DNA of 64,000 nucleotides. Origin: an uncultured bacterium. GTDB taxonomy: Bacteria; Krumholzibacteriota; Krumholzibacteriia; Krumholzibacteriales; Krumholzibacteriaceae. The translations under genes were made by a program, and so were the position numbers. The stretch's first letter is position 1. Each line of letters starts with the position of its first letter. The DNA lies in assembly GCA_963813815.1 (NCBI GenBank), contig CAWFAD010000007.1:224001-288000 (forward strand). The letters are read 5' to 3'. The notes beneath the pieces are model-generated. The model was not told the origin of the DNA, did not search any database, and worked only from the letters and a program-made list of their open reading frames with translations. Of this stretch, positions 30,349 to 44,445 are shown in pieces.

Positions 30349-31322
30349 ATGATTCGAGAACATCTGATGAGGCGGCTCGGCGCCGCGGTCCTGCTCGCCT
30401 CCGCGCTCGCCGCGGCGTCCTGCGGCGGCGGGACCGGGGAAAAACGGGGCGCCGCCGGGCCCGACGAGCTCACCGTGCTTTTTTCGAGCGACCTTCTCGG
30501 CAAGATACGCTCCTGCGGATGCGCCGTCGAGGATATGGGAGGAGTCGGGCGGCGCGCGACGTACACGGAGCGGGTCCGCGCCTCGGTCCCGAATCTCATC
30601 GCGGTGGACGCGGGCGACGTCATGACTCCCGATCTCTCGTTTTCCCAGGTCGAGGCGGAGCTCGCGTTCGACGCGCTGAACGTGTGCCGGCTCGACGCCG
30701 TCACGCCGGGAGAGGCGGATTTCGTGTTCGGCCTTCCCTTCCTCAAGATGCTGGCGGGCCGTCTCACGATGCCCGTGATCGCGGCCAACGTCGTCGACGC
30801 GGCGACCGGGGAGCGGATCTTCGGCGACGCCTACACGGTGCGCACGCTCGCCGGAGGGCTCCGCGTCGGCATCATCGGCGTGATCGACGAGGGGATCAGG
30901 CTTCCGACCTACGTCGACGTGTCGAAGCTCGCCGTGCTCCCCGCGGAGGAGACGCTCCGCAAGCTCGCGCCGGAGCTCGAGGACAAGGCCGATTTTCTCA
31001 TTCTTCTGAGCCATATGGGTCTCGAGCGTTCGATCGCTCTCGCCAGGCGGATGGACATCTTCGATCTCATCGTCGTCGGCCACGGAAAGCCCGCTCTCAA
31101 GCAGCTCGAGAAGGAAGGAAAAACGATCATGCTCGCGACGGGGGGAGAGGGCCAGTACATCGGAAGGATCGATCTGCTCTCTCGGCCTCGGGCGAGATCG
31201 TCAACGGATCGCTGCGCGTCATTCCTCTCGAGGATGCGATCGAGGTGCACGAAGCGGTGAAAGATCTCTTCGCGCGGTACGGTCTCGAGCTCACCGAGAA
31301 GGAGCGGGACCCGAGGCACTGA
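30349..31322 (+). pseudogene. UshA-like (5'-nucleotidase N-terminal fold) CxC lipoprotein with an apparent 1-nt frameshift near 31176
   Basis: LAAASC lipobox; SSDLLGKIRSCGC...GGVGRRAT, VDAGD, AANV, LLSHMG, VVGH, YIGRIDL in one frame; natural C-terminus ALSASGEIVNGSLRVIPLED...KDLFARY in the next frame. May be a sequencing error. Confidence 0.7.
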
Positions 31323-31386
31323 CGCGGAGCGGAGCCGCGCGGGCCGATTCGATTAACCTGCTGCAATTTATGCAATTAAATTATCG

Positions 31387-31415
31387 TTGACAAGGCGCCG
31401 CGGGAGTATTAATTT
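31387..31415 (+). promoter_or_regulatory. Sigma70 promoter preceded by a tandem TGCAATT(T/A)A repeat
   Basis: TTGACA 31387-31392, 17-nt spacer, TAATTT 31410-31415; repeat units at 31362-31370 and 31371-31379. Confidence 0.55.
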
Positions 31416-31491
31416 ACTGCGTGCGTTCGTTCGAGACGCGAGGCAACCCGCGCAACGTAGAAGCATCCACCTGTCACAAAGGAGCCCGTGT

Positions 31492-32268
31492 ATGTCGAAG
31501 CTTTTTAAATTCCTCGCAGTCGCGGTCCTTCTTTCGGGCGTTCTCGCCGGCTGCGGCGGCAAGCTCGATGACACCTACGTAGCGACCACTCTCAACGAGG
31601 CCGCGCGCGGCGAAATCGTGAGCCCGAACTTCAAATACAGCTTCGACACCCCGAGCATCATCGGCGCGGCCAAAAACGTCGCGCTCGTCCGCGAAGGAAA
31701 CATCATCGAGTTCTTCGTCGGCGACGGCCTCGCCGACAAGACGGGCCAGCTCGAGGGCAAGAAGTTCGTGGTGTACGCGCGCAAATATTTCACGCCGTAC
31801 ATCCATTTCATGGTCGATTTTATCATCTCCGGAGCCGACACGATCCAGGTCGGCGAAGTCGGCGTGCAGCTTCCGAACACGCGTCCGGCGGCCCAGTTCA
31901 CTCCTCCCGACGAGTACGAAGCGATCGACACCGCCAAGCTCACCTCCTCGCTCGGCGACCTGCGCGACATCGCGGACAAGAAGTTCAAGGTCGACGGCGC
32001 GGGCGTTTCGTGGAATCAGGTCGGCGACAGTTGGGCCTACTCGATCGGCCTCAAGAGCGTCAATTTCTTCGTCGACGAGACGAACGACGCGATGCTCGCC
32101 GTGCTCTCCGCGATCGCGAAGGAAGGAAAAACCTTCTCCGGCGGCGTGCATTACATCTCGACCCCGACCGATCTGCCGCGCGAGTATCGCGAGCGGTACC
32201 GTTCGGGCGGCAACGTGAAGATCGGCTACATCCTCTACGGCGGCAACGCGCTCCTCATCTCGATGTAG
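31492..32268 (+). CDS. Hypothetical lipoprotein with two similar halves
   Basis: RBS AAGGAG; lipobox LAGC; own promoter and terminator. Confidence 0.85.
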   Translation: MSKLFKFLAVAVLLSGVLAGCGGKLDDTYVATTLNEAARGEIVSPNFKYSFDTPSIIGAAKNVALVREGNIIEFFVGDGLADKTGQLEGKKFVVYARKYFTPYIHFMVDFIISGADTIQVGEVGVQLPNTRPAAQFTPPDEYEAIDTAKLTSSLGDLRDIADKKFKVDGAGVSWNQVGDSWAYSIGLKSVNFFVDETNDAMLAVLSAIAKEGKTFSGGVHYISTPTDLPREYRERYRSGGNVKIGYILYGGNALLISM

Positions 32269-32294
32269 GATAGCGAACCGCCGAGTTCGGTCGC

Positions 32295-32330
32295 AAAAGT
32301 GCGGCACGCTAGTCGTGCCGCACTTTTTTG
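32295..32330 (+). terminator. Intrinsic terminator
   Basis: AAAAGTGCGGCACG / CGTGCCGCACTTTT followed by further T. Confidence 0.85.
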
Positions 32331-32461
32331 TTGCGGGCCGCGAGCGCTCCTCCTTCGTCCCCCCCGGGGAGGGGTGAATGGGCTTGACCGCGCGGCGCCC
32401 GTGCGATAGCGTGTATGGGGTTATCGTGCATTCAGCCCGGCTTTTACCGGCGGAGGTTTCG

Positions 32462-33421
32462 ATGGGCAAGGTGGCGGAGCGGGTGGAGCGGGTCATGGTC
32501 GTCGCTCGCAAGGACTGGCGGGAATCCGTCAACGGCAGGTTTCTCCTCTTTCAGTTCACCGATCGCGACGGGCCCCTCAAGGGGGTGCTCTGGCAGGCGA
32601 ACGATGAGATCGACCGGGATATCAACGTCAACGACGTCGTGCGGATCAAGGGGGAGCTCAAGCCCTATCAGGGCGCCTTCGAGCTCCACGTCGCGAACAT
32701 CGTGAAGCTCGGCGAGAACGAGTATGACCCCGCACAGTTCATTCCCGCCTCCGTCGAGCGGACGGACCAGGTGCACGAGCAGATCGTCGGTATGATCGCC
32801 ACGATGGAAAACGGGCACCTGCGGGCGCTCCTGAGCGGCATCTTCACGGACGGGGATTTCGCCGCGAGGTTTCTCCGCTCGCCGGCGGCTCGGGTCTGGC
32901 ACCACTCCTACCTCGGGGGCCTCGCGCAGCACGTCCGCGACATGGCTCTCATCGCGCAGCGGGTCGCCGACGTCTACCCGGAGGTCGACCGCGACCTCCT
33001 GCTCGCGGGGGTGCTCGTGCACGATCTGGGCAAGGTGGAGGAGCTCGAAATCACGAACCGGATCGATTACAGCGACGCCGGAAGGCTCCTCGGCCACATC
33101 ATGCTCGGCACCGAGTTCATCGAAGGGCGCATTCGCGCCGCCGAGGGTTTTCCGCCCGAGCTCGCGATGAAGCTCAAGCACATGATTCTGAGCCATCACG
33201 GCCAGCTCGACCACGGCTCTCCGATCGTTCCGATGACCATCGAGGCGATTCTCCTTCATTACATCGACAACCTCGACGCGCAGGCGAGAGGGGCGCTCCA
33301 GGTGCTCGACAAGGACACGGGGCGTTTCGGGCGCTGGACCGAGTACGTGAAGCTGCTCGATCGTTTCCTCTATCGCGGCGACCGGTCGCGCGAGGACGCG
33401 GAGGGGAGAGATCTCTCGTGA
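32462..33421 (+). CDS. YhaM/Cbf1-like OB-fold plus HD-domain 3'-5' exonuclease
   Basis: OB fold (D..G.LKGVLW...), PAARVWHHSYLGGL..H, VHDLGK, GHI, HMILSHHG, P.TIEA.LLHYIDNLDA. Confidence 0.88.
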   Translation: MGKVAERVERVMVVARKDWRESVNGRFLLFQFTDRDGPLKGVLWQANDEIDRDINVNDVVRIKGELKPYQGAFELHVANIVKLGENEYDPAQFIPASVERTDQVHEQIVGMIATMENGHLRALLSGIFTDGDFAARFLRSPAARVWHHSYLGGLAQHVRDMALIAQRVADVYPEVDRDLLLAGVLVHDLGKVEELEITNRIDYSDAGRLLGHIMLGTEFIEGRIRAAEGFPPELAMKLKHMILSHHGQLDHGSPIVPMTIEAILLHYIDNLDAQARGALQVLDKDTGRFGRWTEYVKLLDRFLYRGDRSREDAEGRDLS

Positions 33422-34584
33422 ATCGGTTTCCGGCGTGGGTGGAGATCAACCTCGACGCCGCGAGGCGCAACATCGAGCGCATCCGGGCCATGCTGCCGCC
33501 GGGAGTGGGGATTCTCTTCGTCGTCAAAGCGGACGCGTACGGTCACGGCGCCGTGCGGATCTCCCGCCTCGCCGAGGAATGCGGCGTGGCCATTCTCGGC
33601 GTGGCGACGCTCGACGAGGGGCGCGAGCTCCGCAGGGCGGGCATCGGTCTGCCGATTCTCGTGCTGAGCCCCGTTCTTCCTCAGGAGCTCGATCGGGCGA
33701 TCGAGAACGATCTCGCGGTGACCGCCTCGTCCCTCGGGTTCGCCGAGGCCGCCGGGGAGGCCGCGCTTCGCCGGGGCGTCCGCTGCGCGATACACGTCGA
33801 GATCGACACGGGCATGGGGCGCGCCGGGGTGGCCCGCGAGTCCGCGGTCGAAACGATCGCCCGCATGTCCGTCCTGCCCGGCGTCAGCCTCGAGGGCATC
33901 TTCACGCATTTCCCCGTCTCCGACATCGACGACGCCTTCACGCGGGACCAGATCGCGGCATTCACGGACATCGTCGACGCGCTCGCTCGCGACGGCGTCG
34001 TGTTCCGCCACGTGCACAGCGCGAACAGCGCCGCGATCATGAACTTCCCCTCGTCTCATTTCAATCTCGTCCGGCCGGGGCTGCTCGTCTACGGGCACGC
34101 CCCTTCCCCATCGCTGCGGGACCGGGTCGACGTCGAGCCGGTCATGAGCTTCAAGGCGCGCCTCGTGCTCGTGCGCGAGATGCCCGCGGGAGCGAGCGTC
34201 AGCTACGGGAGGACGTTCGTCTCGCAGCAGCCGTTTCTCATGGGAGTCGTGCCGGTCGGCTACGGACACGGGCTGAGCCACCGGCTCTCGAACAACGGGC
34301 ACGTTCTGTTCCGCGGGTGCCGCGTGCCGATCGTCGGCCGCGTGACGATGGACATGACGATGCTCGACCTCTCCGCCTTTCCCGACGCGCGCGTCGGGGA
34401 AGAGATCGTCATCTTCGGGCGACAGGGAGCGGGGGAGATCACCGTGGATGACGTCGCGCGCTGGGACGAGACGCTGAACTACGAGGTGCTCTGCCGCATC
34501 AGCAAGCGCGTCGCGCGCATCTATCTGCGGAAGGGCCGCATCGAGAGCATGAAGACCCTGCTGGGCGTCAGACACGCCCCCTAG
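33418..34584 (+). CDS. alr: Alanine racemase
   Basis: VVKADAYGHG, DTGMGRAG, GIFTHF, ANSAA, VRPG, VSYG, VGRVTMD, NYEVLC. Confidence 0.96.
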   Translation: MNRFPAWVEINLDAARRNIERIRAMLPPGVGILFVVKADAYGHGAVRISRLAEECGVAILGVATLDEGRELRRAGIGLPILVLSPVLPQELDRAIENDLAVTASSLGFAEAAGEAALRRGVRCAIHVEIDTGMGRAGVARESAVETIARMSVLPGVSLEGIFTHFPVSDIDDAFTRDQIAAFTDIVDALARDGVVFRHVHSANSAAIMNFPSSHFNLVRPGLLVYGHAPSPSLRDRVDVEPVMSFKARLVLVREMPAGASVSYGRTFVSQQPFLMGVVPVGYGHGLSHRLSNNGHVLFRGCRVPIVGRVTMDMTMLDLSAFPDARVGEEIVIFGRQGAGEITVDDVARWDETLNYEVLCRISKRVARIYLRKGRIESMKTLLGVRHAP

Positions 34585-34645
34585 AGCCCCGGGCTTCCGG
34601 TTTCGGCGCTTCCGGCGAGCGGACGGTACCCGTCAAAAGCGTTTC

Positions 34646-35815
34646 ATGAAGAAACAGGCGATAACGATCGTGATCGACGGCGTCGGCGTCGGCGAGCTTC
34701 CCGACGCGGAGCGCTACGGCGATCGCGGCGCGAACTCCATCGCGAACACGGCGCGCGCCGTCGGGGGGCTTCGCCTCCCGGCGCTCGCCGCGATGGGGCT
34801 CGGCGGCGTCACGGCCATACGGGGCGTCGAGCCCGCGGCGAACCCGAGCGCCTCGTTCGGGCGGATGGCGGAGATCTCGCCGGGGAAGGATTCGACGACG
34901 GGGCACTGGGAGCTCATGGGGCGCCCGCTCGAGGAGCCGTTTCCCCTGTTTCCGCGGGGTTTTCCCCCGGAGATCATCGCCGCGTTCGAGGAGCTCGCCG
35001 GGCGATCCATCCTCGGCAACAAGGCCGCTTCGGGAACCGCCATCATCGAGGATCTCGGGGAGGAGCACCTGCGCACGGGCCGTTTGATCGTGTACACCTC
35101 CGCCGACAGCGTCTTTCAGGTGGCGGCCCACGAGGACGTGATACCGCCCCGCGAGCTCTACCGCATGTGCCGGGCGGCGCGCGAGATGCTCGTTCCGCCT
35201 CATCACGTGGCGCGCGTGATCGCGCGCCCCTTCACGGGACGCCCCGGCGCTTTCGTCCGCACGAAGGGCCGGCGCGATTTCTCGCTTCCCCCGCCCGGAC
35301 CGACGCTGCTCGATGAGCTCTCGGAGCGGGGGCTTTCGGTCGTGACCGTCGGAAAGATCCACGACCTCTTCGCCGGGCGGGGCGTCGCGCGCGTCGTCGA
35401 GGCGAGTGGAAACGAGGAGGCCATGCGGGGGACCGATCGCGTGATCCGCGAGGGCGCGGACTTTTCGTTTCTGTTCGCGAATTTCATCGATTTCGACATG
35501 AATTGGGGGCACCGCCGCGACCCCGCCGGATACGCCGGTGGGCTCGAGCGCTTCGACTCGTGGCTCGCCGGCTTCGCGGCGAATCTCCCGCGGGGCGCGC
35601 TTCTCGCGGTGACGAGCGATCACGGCTGCGATCCGACGATGCCCGGCTCGGACCATACGCGCGAGTACGCGCCGATTCTGGCGACTATCACGGGCTCCGG
35701 CCGGGGCTCTCCGCTTGGCACGAGGGGCTCCTTCTGCGACCTCGCAGCCACGATCGCCGAATGGCTCGGCGTGCCGCCGACGGCGGGAGAGAGCTTTCTT
35801 GCGGCTCTCGGTTGA
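34646..35815 (+). CDS. deoB: Phosphopentomutase
   Basis: IDGVGVGELPDA, GKDSTTGHWE, YTSADSVFQVAAHE, RVIARPF, GHRRD, SDHGCDP, DHTREY. Confidence 0.96.
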   Translation: MKKQAITIVIDGVGVGELPDAERYGDRGANSIANTARAVGGLRLPALAAMGLGGVTAIRGVEPAANPSASFGRMAEISPGKDSTTGHWELMGRPLEEPFPLFPRGFPPEIIAAFEELAGRSILGNKAASGTAIIEDLGEEHLRTGRLIVYTSADSVFQVAAHEDVIPPRELYRMCRAAREMLVPPHHVARVIARPFTGRPGAFVRTKGRRDFSLPPPGPTLLDELSERGLSVVTVGKIHDLFAGRGVARVVEASGNEEAMRGTDRVIREGADFSFLFANFIDFDMNWGHRRDPAGYAGGLERFDSWLAGFAANLPRGALLAVTSDHGCDPTMPGSDHTREYAPILATITGSGRGSPLGTRGSFCDLAATIAEWLGVPPTAGESFLAALG

Positions 35816-35847
35816 GCCGAGGCCCGAATTCACGAAGGGAGACGGCG

Positions 35848-36516
35848 GTGGAGCACATACGGCTCGGCGGGCTCATCGATCACACGCTGCTGCGGCCAGA
35901 GGCCGCGGCGGAGGATGTCCGGCGCCTCTGCCGCGAGGCGGCGGAGCACGGCTTCTTCTCGGCGGTCGTCAACACGCATTGGGTTCCGCTCGCGGCCCGC
36001 GAGCTCGCCGGCACGCCGGTCGTCGTCTGCTCGATCGCCGGATTCCCGCTCGGCGCGGTCGATTCGGGGACCAAAGCGTTCGAGGCGGGCCGCGCCGTGC
36101 GCGCCGGGGCGCGGGAGATCGACATGGTGATGAACGTCGGCGCATTCAAGTCCGGCGAATTCGATTTCGTGCGCGAGGACATCGCGGGCGTCGTTCGCGC
36201 GTGCGGATCCGAAGCGCTCGTCAAGGTCATCATCGAGGCGGCTCTCCTCACGGACGACGAAAAAATGATCGCCTGCGGCCTCGTTCGCGGAGGGGGAGCG
36301 GGCTTCGTCAAGACCTCCACCGGATTCGGCCCGCCGGGAGCGAGCGTCCGCGACGTCGAGATCCTGCGCCGCGCGGTCGGCCCGGATTTCGGCGTCAAGG
36401 CGTCGGCCGGCATTCGGACGGCCGCCTTCGCCCTCGAGCTCGTGCGCGCGGGAGCGACGAGGATCGGCACGAGCGCGAGCGTCCAGATCATGAAGGAGTG
36501 GAACGAGCTCGCGTGA
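35848..36516 (+). CDS. deoC: Deoxyribose-phosphate aldolase
   Basis: IDHTLL, GFPLG, EIDMV, KVIIE, FVKTSTGF, GVKAS.GIR, RIGTS; GTG start. Confidence 0.96.
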   Translation: MEHIRLGGLIDHTLLRPEAAAEDVRRLCREAAEHGFFSAVVNTHWVPLAARELAGTPVVVCSIAGFPLGAVDSGTKAFEAGRAVRAGAREIDMVMNVGAFKSGEFDFVREDIAGVVRACGSEALVKVIIEAALLTDDEKMIACGLVRGGGAGFVKTSTGFGPPGASVRDVEILRRAVGPDFGVKASAGIRTAAFALELVRAGATRIGTSASVQIMKEWNELA

Positions 36517-36627
36517 ACGCCATCGACGTCATACGGAAGAAGCGCGACGGCGGCCGCCGTCAGGCTCGAGCGCGCCGCGGCCTTCTCCGACCGGCCCGTG
36601 TCGCCGCCCTCTCTCGTTCTCGATTGA
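36513..36627 (+). pseudogene. pdp: Remnant of pyrimidine-nucleoside/thymidine phosphorylase (N- and C-termini joined out of frame)
   Basis: GTG overlapping the deoC stop gives MNAIDVIRKKRDGG (family N-terminal KKRDG motif). The +1 frame from 36550 gives AAAVRLERAAAFSDRPVSPPSLVLD*, resembling the family C-terminus. Confidence 0.75.
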
Positions 36628-36664
36628 GTTTGGAACGCCGTCGCGCGGACCAACGGAGGCGCCC

Positions 36665-38785
36665 TCAGCGCGGTACGACCTTCTCCCGAGACGCCTCTCG
36701 ATCGAGCTCGCGGAAATCCTTTTCCTTGTCGAGCAGATCGTACTGGCTCACGCGATGGATGTCGCACTGGCGCGCGGGCTCGCTCTCGGCGACGAAGATC
36801 TCTCGGTGCACCTTCGGGCAGTAGGGCGTGCCGAGGAGGCCCGATTCCTCGCAGATGAGCTCCTCGACGATGTTGTCCGGCATGCGGAACGCGGGGCCGC
36901 GGTTCGTCGGGTAGGCCGCCTTCATCGTCTCGACCCAGATGGGCAGGGCGGCGCGGGCGCCGGTCATGCCGTTGCCCATCGTTTTTCGTTCGTCGAACCC
37001 CGTCCATACGCCGATGACGATCTCGGGCGTGTAGCCGATGAACCAGGCGTCGGTGTACTCGTCCGTCGTTCCCGTTTTGCCGGCCACCGGTATGTCGAGG
37101 CCGTAGGCCCTCGCGGCCGCGCCGGTTCCGTCCACTTCGTCGACCACGCTCGTGAGCATATCGGTGATGATGTACGAGATGTCGGCGCCGAGCACCTCCT
37201 CGTGGTACTCGCGGTACTCCTCGAGCGCGTTGCCGTTTCGGTCCTCGATGCGGAGTATCGCTATGGGCTCGGCCCGCATCCCTTCCGCGGCGAGGCAGCC
37301 GAAGGCGTTCGTGAGCTCGAGGAGATTGATCTCGTTCGTGCCGAGAGCGAGCGAGAGCACGTTCTGGAGCCTGCTCTTGATCCCCATTCTCTTCGCGACG
37401 TTGATCACCGTCGGCGGGCCGATCGCCTGGATGAGCTTGATCGAGGGAATGTTGAGCGAGCGGGCGAGCGCTTCGCGGAGCGACACGGCGCCGTGAAACT
37501 TGCGGTCGTAGTTGCGCGGCTTCCAGACGTCGCCGTTCGGGAGCTCCACGACGAAGGGCGTGTCGATCAGGATGTCCGAGGGGCTGTAGCCGCTCTCGAG
37601 CGCCGCGATGTAGAGGAACGGCTTAAAGGCCGAGCCGGGCTGCCGCGGCGCCTGCAGGGCGCGGTTGTACTGAGTCTCGCGGAAGTTGCGTCCGCCGATG
37701 AGCGCGAGTATGTGGCCGGAGCGCGGATCGATCGCGACGAGAGCCCCCTGGAGGTACTCGGCCCGCACCTTCTCGCCGCCAGCCGTGGCCCGCTCGTACT
37801 GCGCTCGCGTCTGGGAGAAGCGCTTCTCGCTCTCGAGCTGCAACATCTGCGCTTCGAGGCTGCGTTCGGCCGCGCGCTGGAGGCCGGCGTCGAGAGTCGT
37901 GTAGACGGTGTACCCCTCCCGATAGATCGATCGCGAGCCGTATTTCGCCTCGAGTATCTGGCGGATGTGCTCGCAGAAGTAGCCGGCGAAATCTTGATTC
38001 TCGGCGACCTTCTTCACGATGTCGAGCGAGCCGGCCCGGAGCGAATCGCGCTCCGTCTTCGTGATGACGCCGAACTCCTCCATCTCGCCGAGCACGACCT
38101 GCATGCGGTGCATCGAGCGCTCCCGGTTCGTGAAGGGGTTGTACCCGCCGGGATTTTTCGGCAATCCGGCGAGCAGGGCGATCTGGTTCAGCCCGACCTC
38201 CTGCACCGGCTTTCCGAAGTATTTTCTCGATGCGGCTTCGATGCCGTACGTGCCCTCGCCGAAGTAGATCTGGTTGAGGTACATCTCGAGGATCTCGTCC
38301 TTCGAGTAGGTGCGCTCGATCTTGAAGGAGAGCAGCACCTCCTTGATCTTTCGCGCGAAGGTTTGCTCCTTCGTGAGGAAGAGATCGCGCGAGAGCTGTT
38401 GGGTGATCGTGCTCGTCCCGCGCGCGCCGCGCAGATTGAAGAGATTTCTCGCGGCGACGAAGATGAGCCGCCTGAGATCGATGCCGCTGTGCTCGTAGAA
38501 GTGCCGGTCCTCGACGGCGAGGAACGAGCGGCGCACGCTCGTGGGAATCTTGTCGAGCGGCACGAAGACGCGATTCTCCTCGTAGAACTCCTTCACCACG
38601 GAGGAGTCGCGCGCGAGGATGCGCGTCTTGAGCGCGGGCTCGATCATCTCGAGCCGTTCCATCGAAGGCAAGTCTCGCGAAAAGTATACGGCGGCGCCCG
38701 CCGCGATGCCGAGCAGACACGCGAAGGAAAGCCCCAGGCTCCAGAGAAGGATGCGCTCCGCGCGCGTCAGCGGTCTGAAGGTCAT
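36665..38785 (-). CDS. Class A penicillin-binding protein (PBP1A family)
   Basis: TM anchor; transglycosylase EDRHFYEH.G, TSTITQQ, RKIKE, KDEILEMYLN; transpeptidase SAFK, SLN, KTG. Confidence 0.95.
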   Translation of the reverse strand: MTFRPLTRAERILLWSLGLSFACLLGIAAGAAVYFSRDLPSMERLEMIEPALKTRILARDSSVVKEFYEENRVFVPLDKIPTSVRRSFLAVEDRHFYEHSGIDLRRLIFVAARNLFNLRGARGTSTITQQLSRDLFLTKEQTFARKIKEVLLSFKIERTYSKDEILEMYLNQIYFGEGTYGIEAASRKYFGKPVQEVGLNQIALLAGLPKNPGGYNPFTNRERSMHRMQVVLGEMEEFGVITKTERDSLRAGSLDIVKKVAENQDFAGYFCEHIRQILEAKYGSRSIYREGYTVYTTLDAGLQRAAERSLEAQMLQLESEKRFSQTRAQYERATAGGEKVRAEYLQGALVAIDPRSGHILALIGGRNFRETQYNRALQAPRQPGSAFKPFLYIAALESGYSPSDILIDTPFVVELPNGDVWKPRNYDRKFHGAVSLREALARSLNIPSIKLIQAIGPPTVINVAKRMGIKSRLQNVLSLALGTNEINLLELTNAFGCLAAEGMRAEPIAILRIEDRNGNALEEYREYHEEVLGADISYIITDMLTSVVDEVDGTGAAARAYGLDIPVAGKTGTTDEYTDAWFIGYTPEIVIGVWTGFDERKTMGNGMTGARAALPIWVETMKAAYPTNRGPAFRMPDNIVEELICEESGLLGTPYCPKVHREIFVAESEPARQCDIHRVSQYDLLDKEKDFRELDREASREKVVPR

Positions 38786-38945
38786 TTCGTTTCGTCTCCG
38801 TTCGCAGCGCGGCGCCGCGCCATGCGAGCGCCGGCTGCGGTGAAATGTAACGGTAGGGACGCCGCTTTTCCACCTTTTTCAGCCGACCGCCGGCGCCGCG
38901 CTCCGGAAGAAAGCCAAGAATAAGAGGGAATTCGAGAAAAAGGAG

Positions 38946-39123
38946 TTGACAAACCTTCCAGCGAAGCTTATATAGACTGCACGCCTAACGCAAAGCGCGA
39001 TAGTGTTTTGCAGGCCTCCAAAAAACTTTTGGAAATCTCGAGATAGGGATTGACAAAAGGGGCCAAAGGGAATATATTGGCCTTTTGGAGAAATTCCATA
39101 CAGGGAATTCCGTTCTTTGAAAA
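38946..39123 (+). promoter_or_regulatory. Tandem rRNA promoters and boxA antiterminator
   Basis: TTGACA 38946 with a TA-rich -10 region; TTGACA 39050, 17-nt spacer, TATATT 39073-39078; boxA-like GTTCTTTGAAAA 39112-39123 (second copy GTTCTTTGACAA at 41101-41112). Confidence 0.8.
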
Positions 39124-39238
39124 TGAAATAGCGTGCGATGCCCTTGCCAGTTTGGTTCGGGCCCAAAGATCCGTAATGGATCGTTGGGAAGTACGTCAAT
39201 TCGAGCGTAGCGCAAGCTACGGCTCTTCGGTTTTTTTT

Positions 39239-40798
<1,560 letters not shown>

Positions 40799-40894
40799 TA
40801 AGGAGAAGACTCTGTCGAGCCGGTAACGGCGCGATGGGGTACTTCGGTCGACCGAATCTACTGCAATGCTCGCACGCTATTTCTAAATATTCGG

Positions 40895-40971
40895 GGGCCT
40901 ATAGCTCAGTTGGTCAGAGCGCGCGCCTGATAAGCGCGAGGTCAGTGGTTCAACTCCACTTAGGCCCACCA
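40895..40971 (+). tRNA. tRNA-Ile (GAT)
   Basis: Cloverleaf with acceptor GGGCCTA/TAGGCCC, anticodon loop CTGATAA, GGTTCAA, encoded CCA. Confidence 0.97.
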
Positions 40972-40999
40972 TTGAGTGGTTGAGAAATACGACTCAATT

Positions 41000-41072
41000 G
41001 GGGATGTAGCTCAGCTGGGAGAGCACCTGCTTTGCAAGCAGGGGGTCGCCGGTTCGAATCCGGTCATCTCCA
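41000..41072 (+). tRNA. tRNA-Ala (TGC), CCA not encoded
   Basis: Acceptor GGGGATG/CATCTCC with G3-U70, anticodon loop TTTGCAA, GGTTCGAATCC. Confidence 0.97.
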
Positions 41073-41151
41073 CGAATAAGAGATCTGGACCTTCCAGTTC
41101 GTTCTTTGACAACAAAAGCAGGGTAATGCGAACAGGCATCTTCGCGTTTCT

Positions 41152-44189
<3,038 letters not shown>

Positions 44190-44249
44190 GTTCTTCTCGT
44201 TCATGCGTGAAAATGCCTACTAGTATTGCCCTGCTTTTGTTGATAGATT

Positions 44250-44365
<116 letters not shown>

Positions 44366-44369
44366 TTTT

Positions 44370-44398
44370 AAAAGGGCCGCTCGAAGAGCGGCCCTTTT
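44370..44398. terminator. Bidirectional terminator between the rRNA operon and fbp
   Basis: AAAAGGGCCGCTC-GAA-GAGCGGCCCTTTT. Confidence 0.88.
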
Positions 44399-44445
44399 CT
44401 ATTTCGCGCCTCGAGCGGGCATCGCGCGCCGGCGGAAAACCTTCC

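Noticed and set aside
30511..30525. Possible selenocysteine in the CxC motif of the UshA-like protein
   Set aside because: Both codons are TGC; there is no in-frame TGA.
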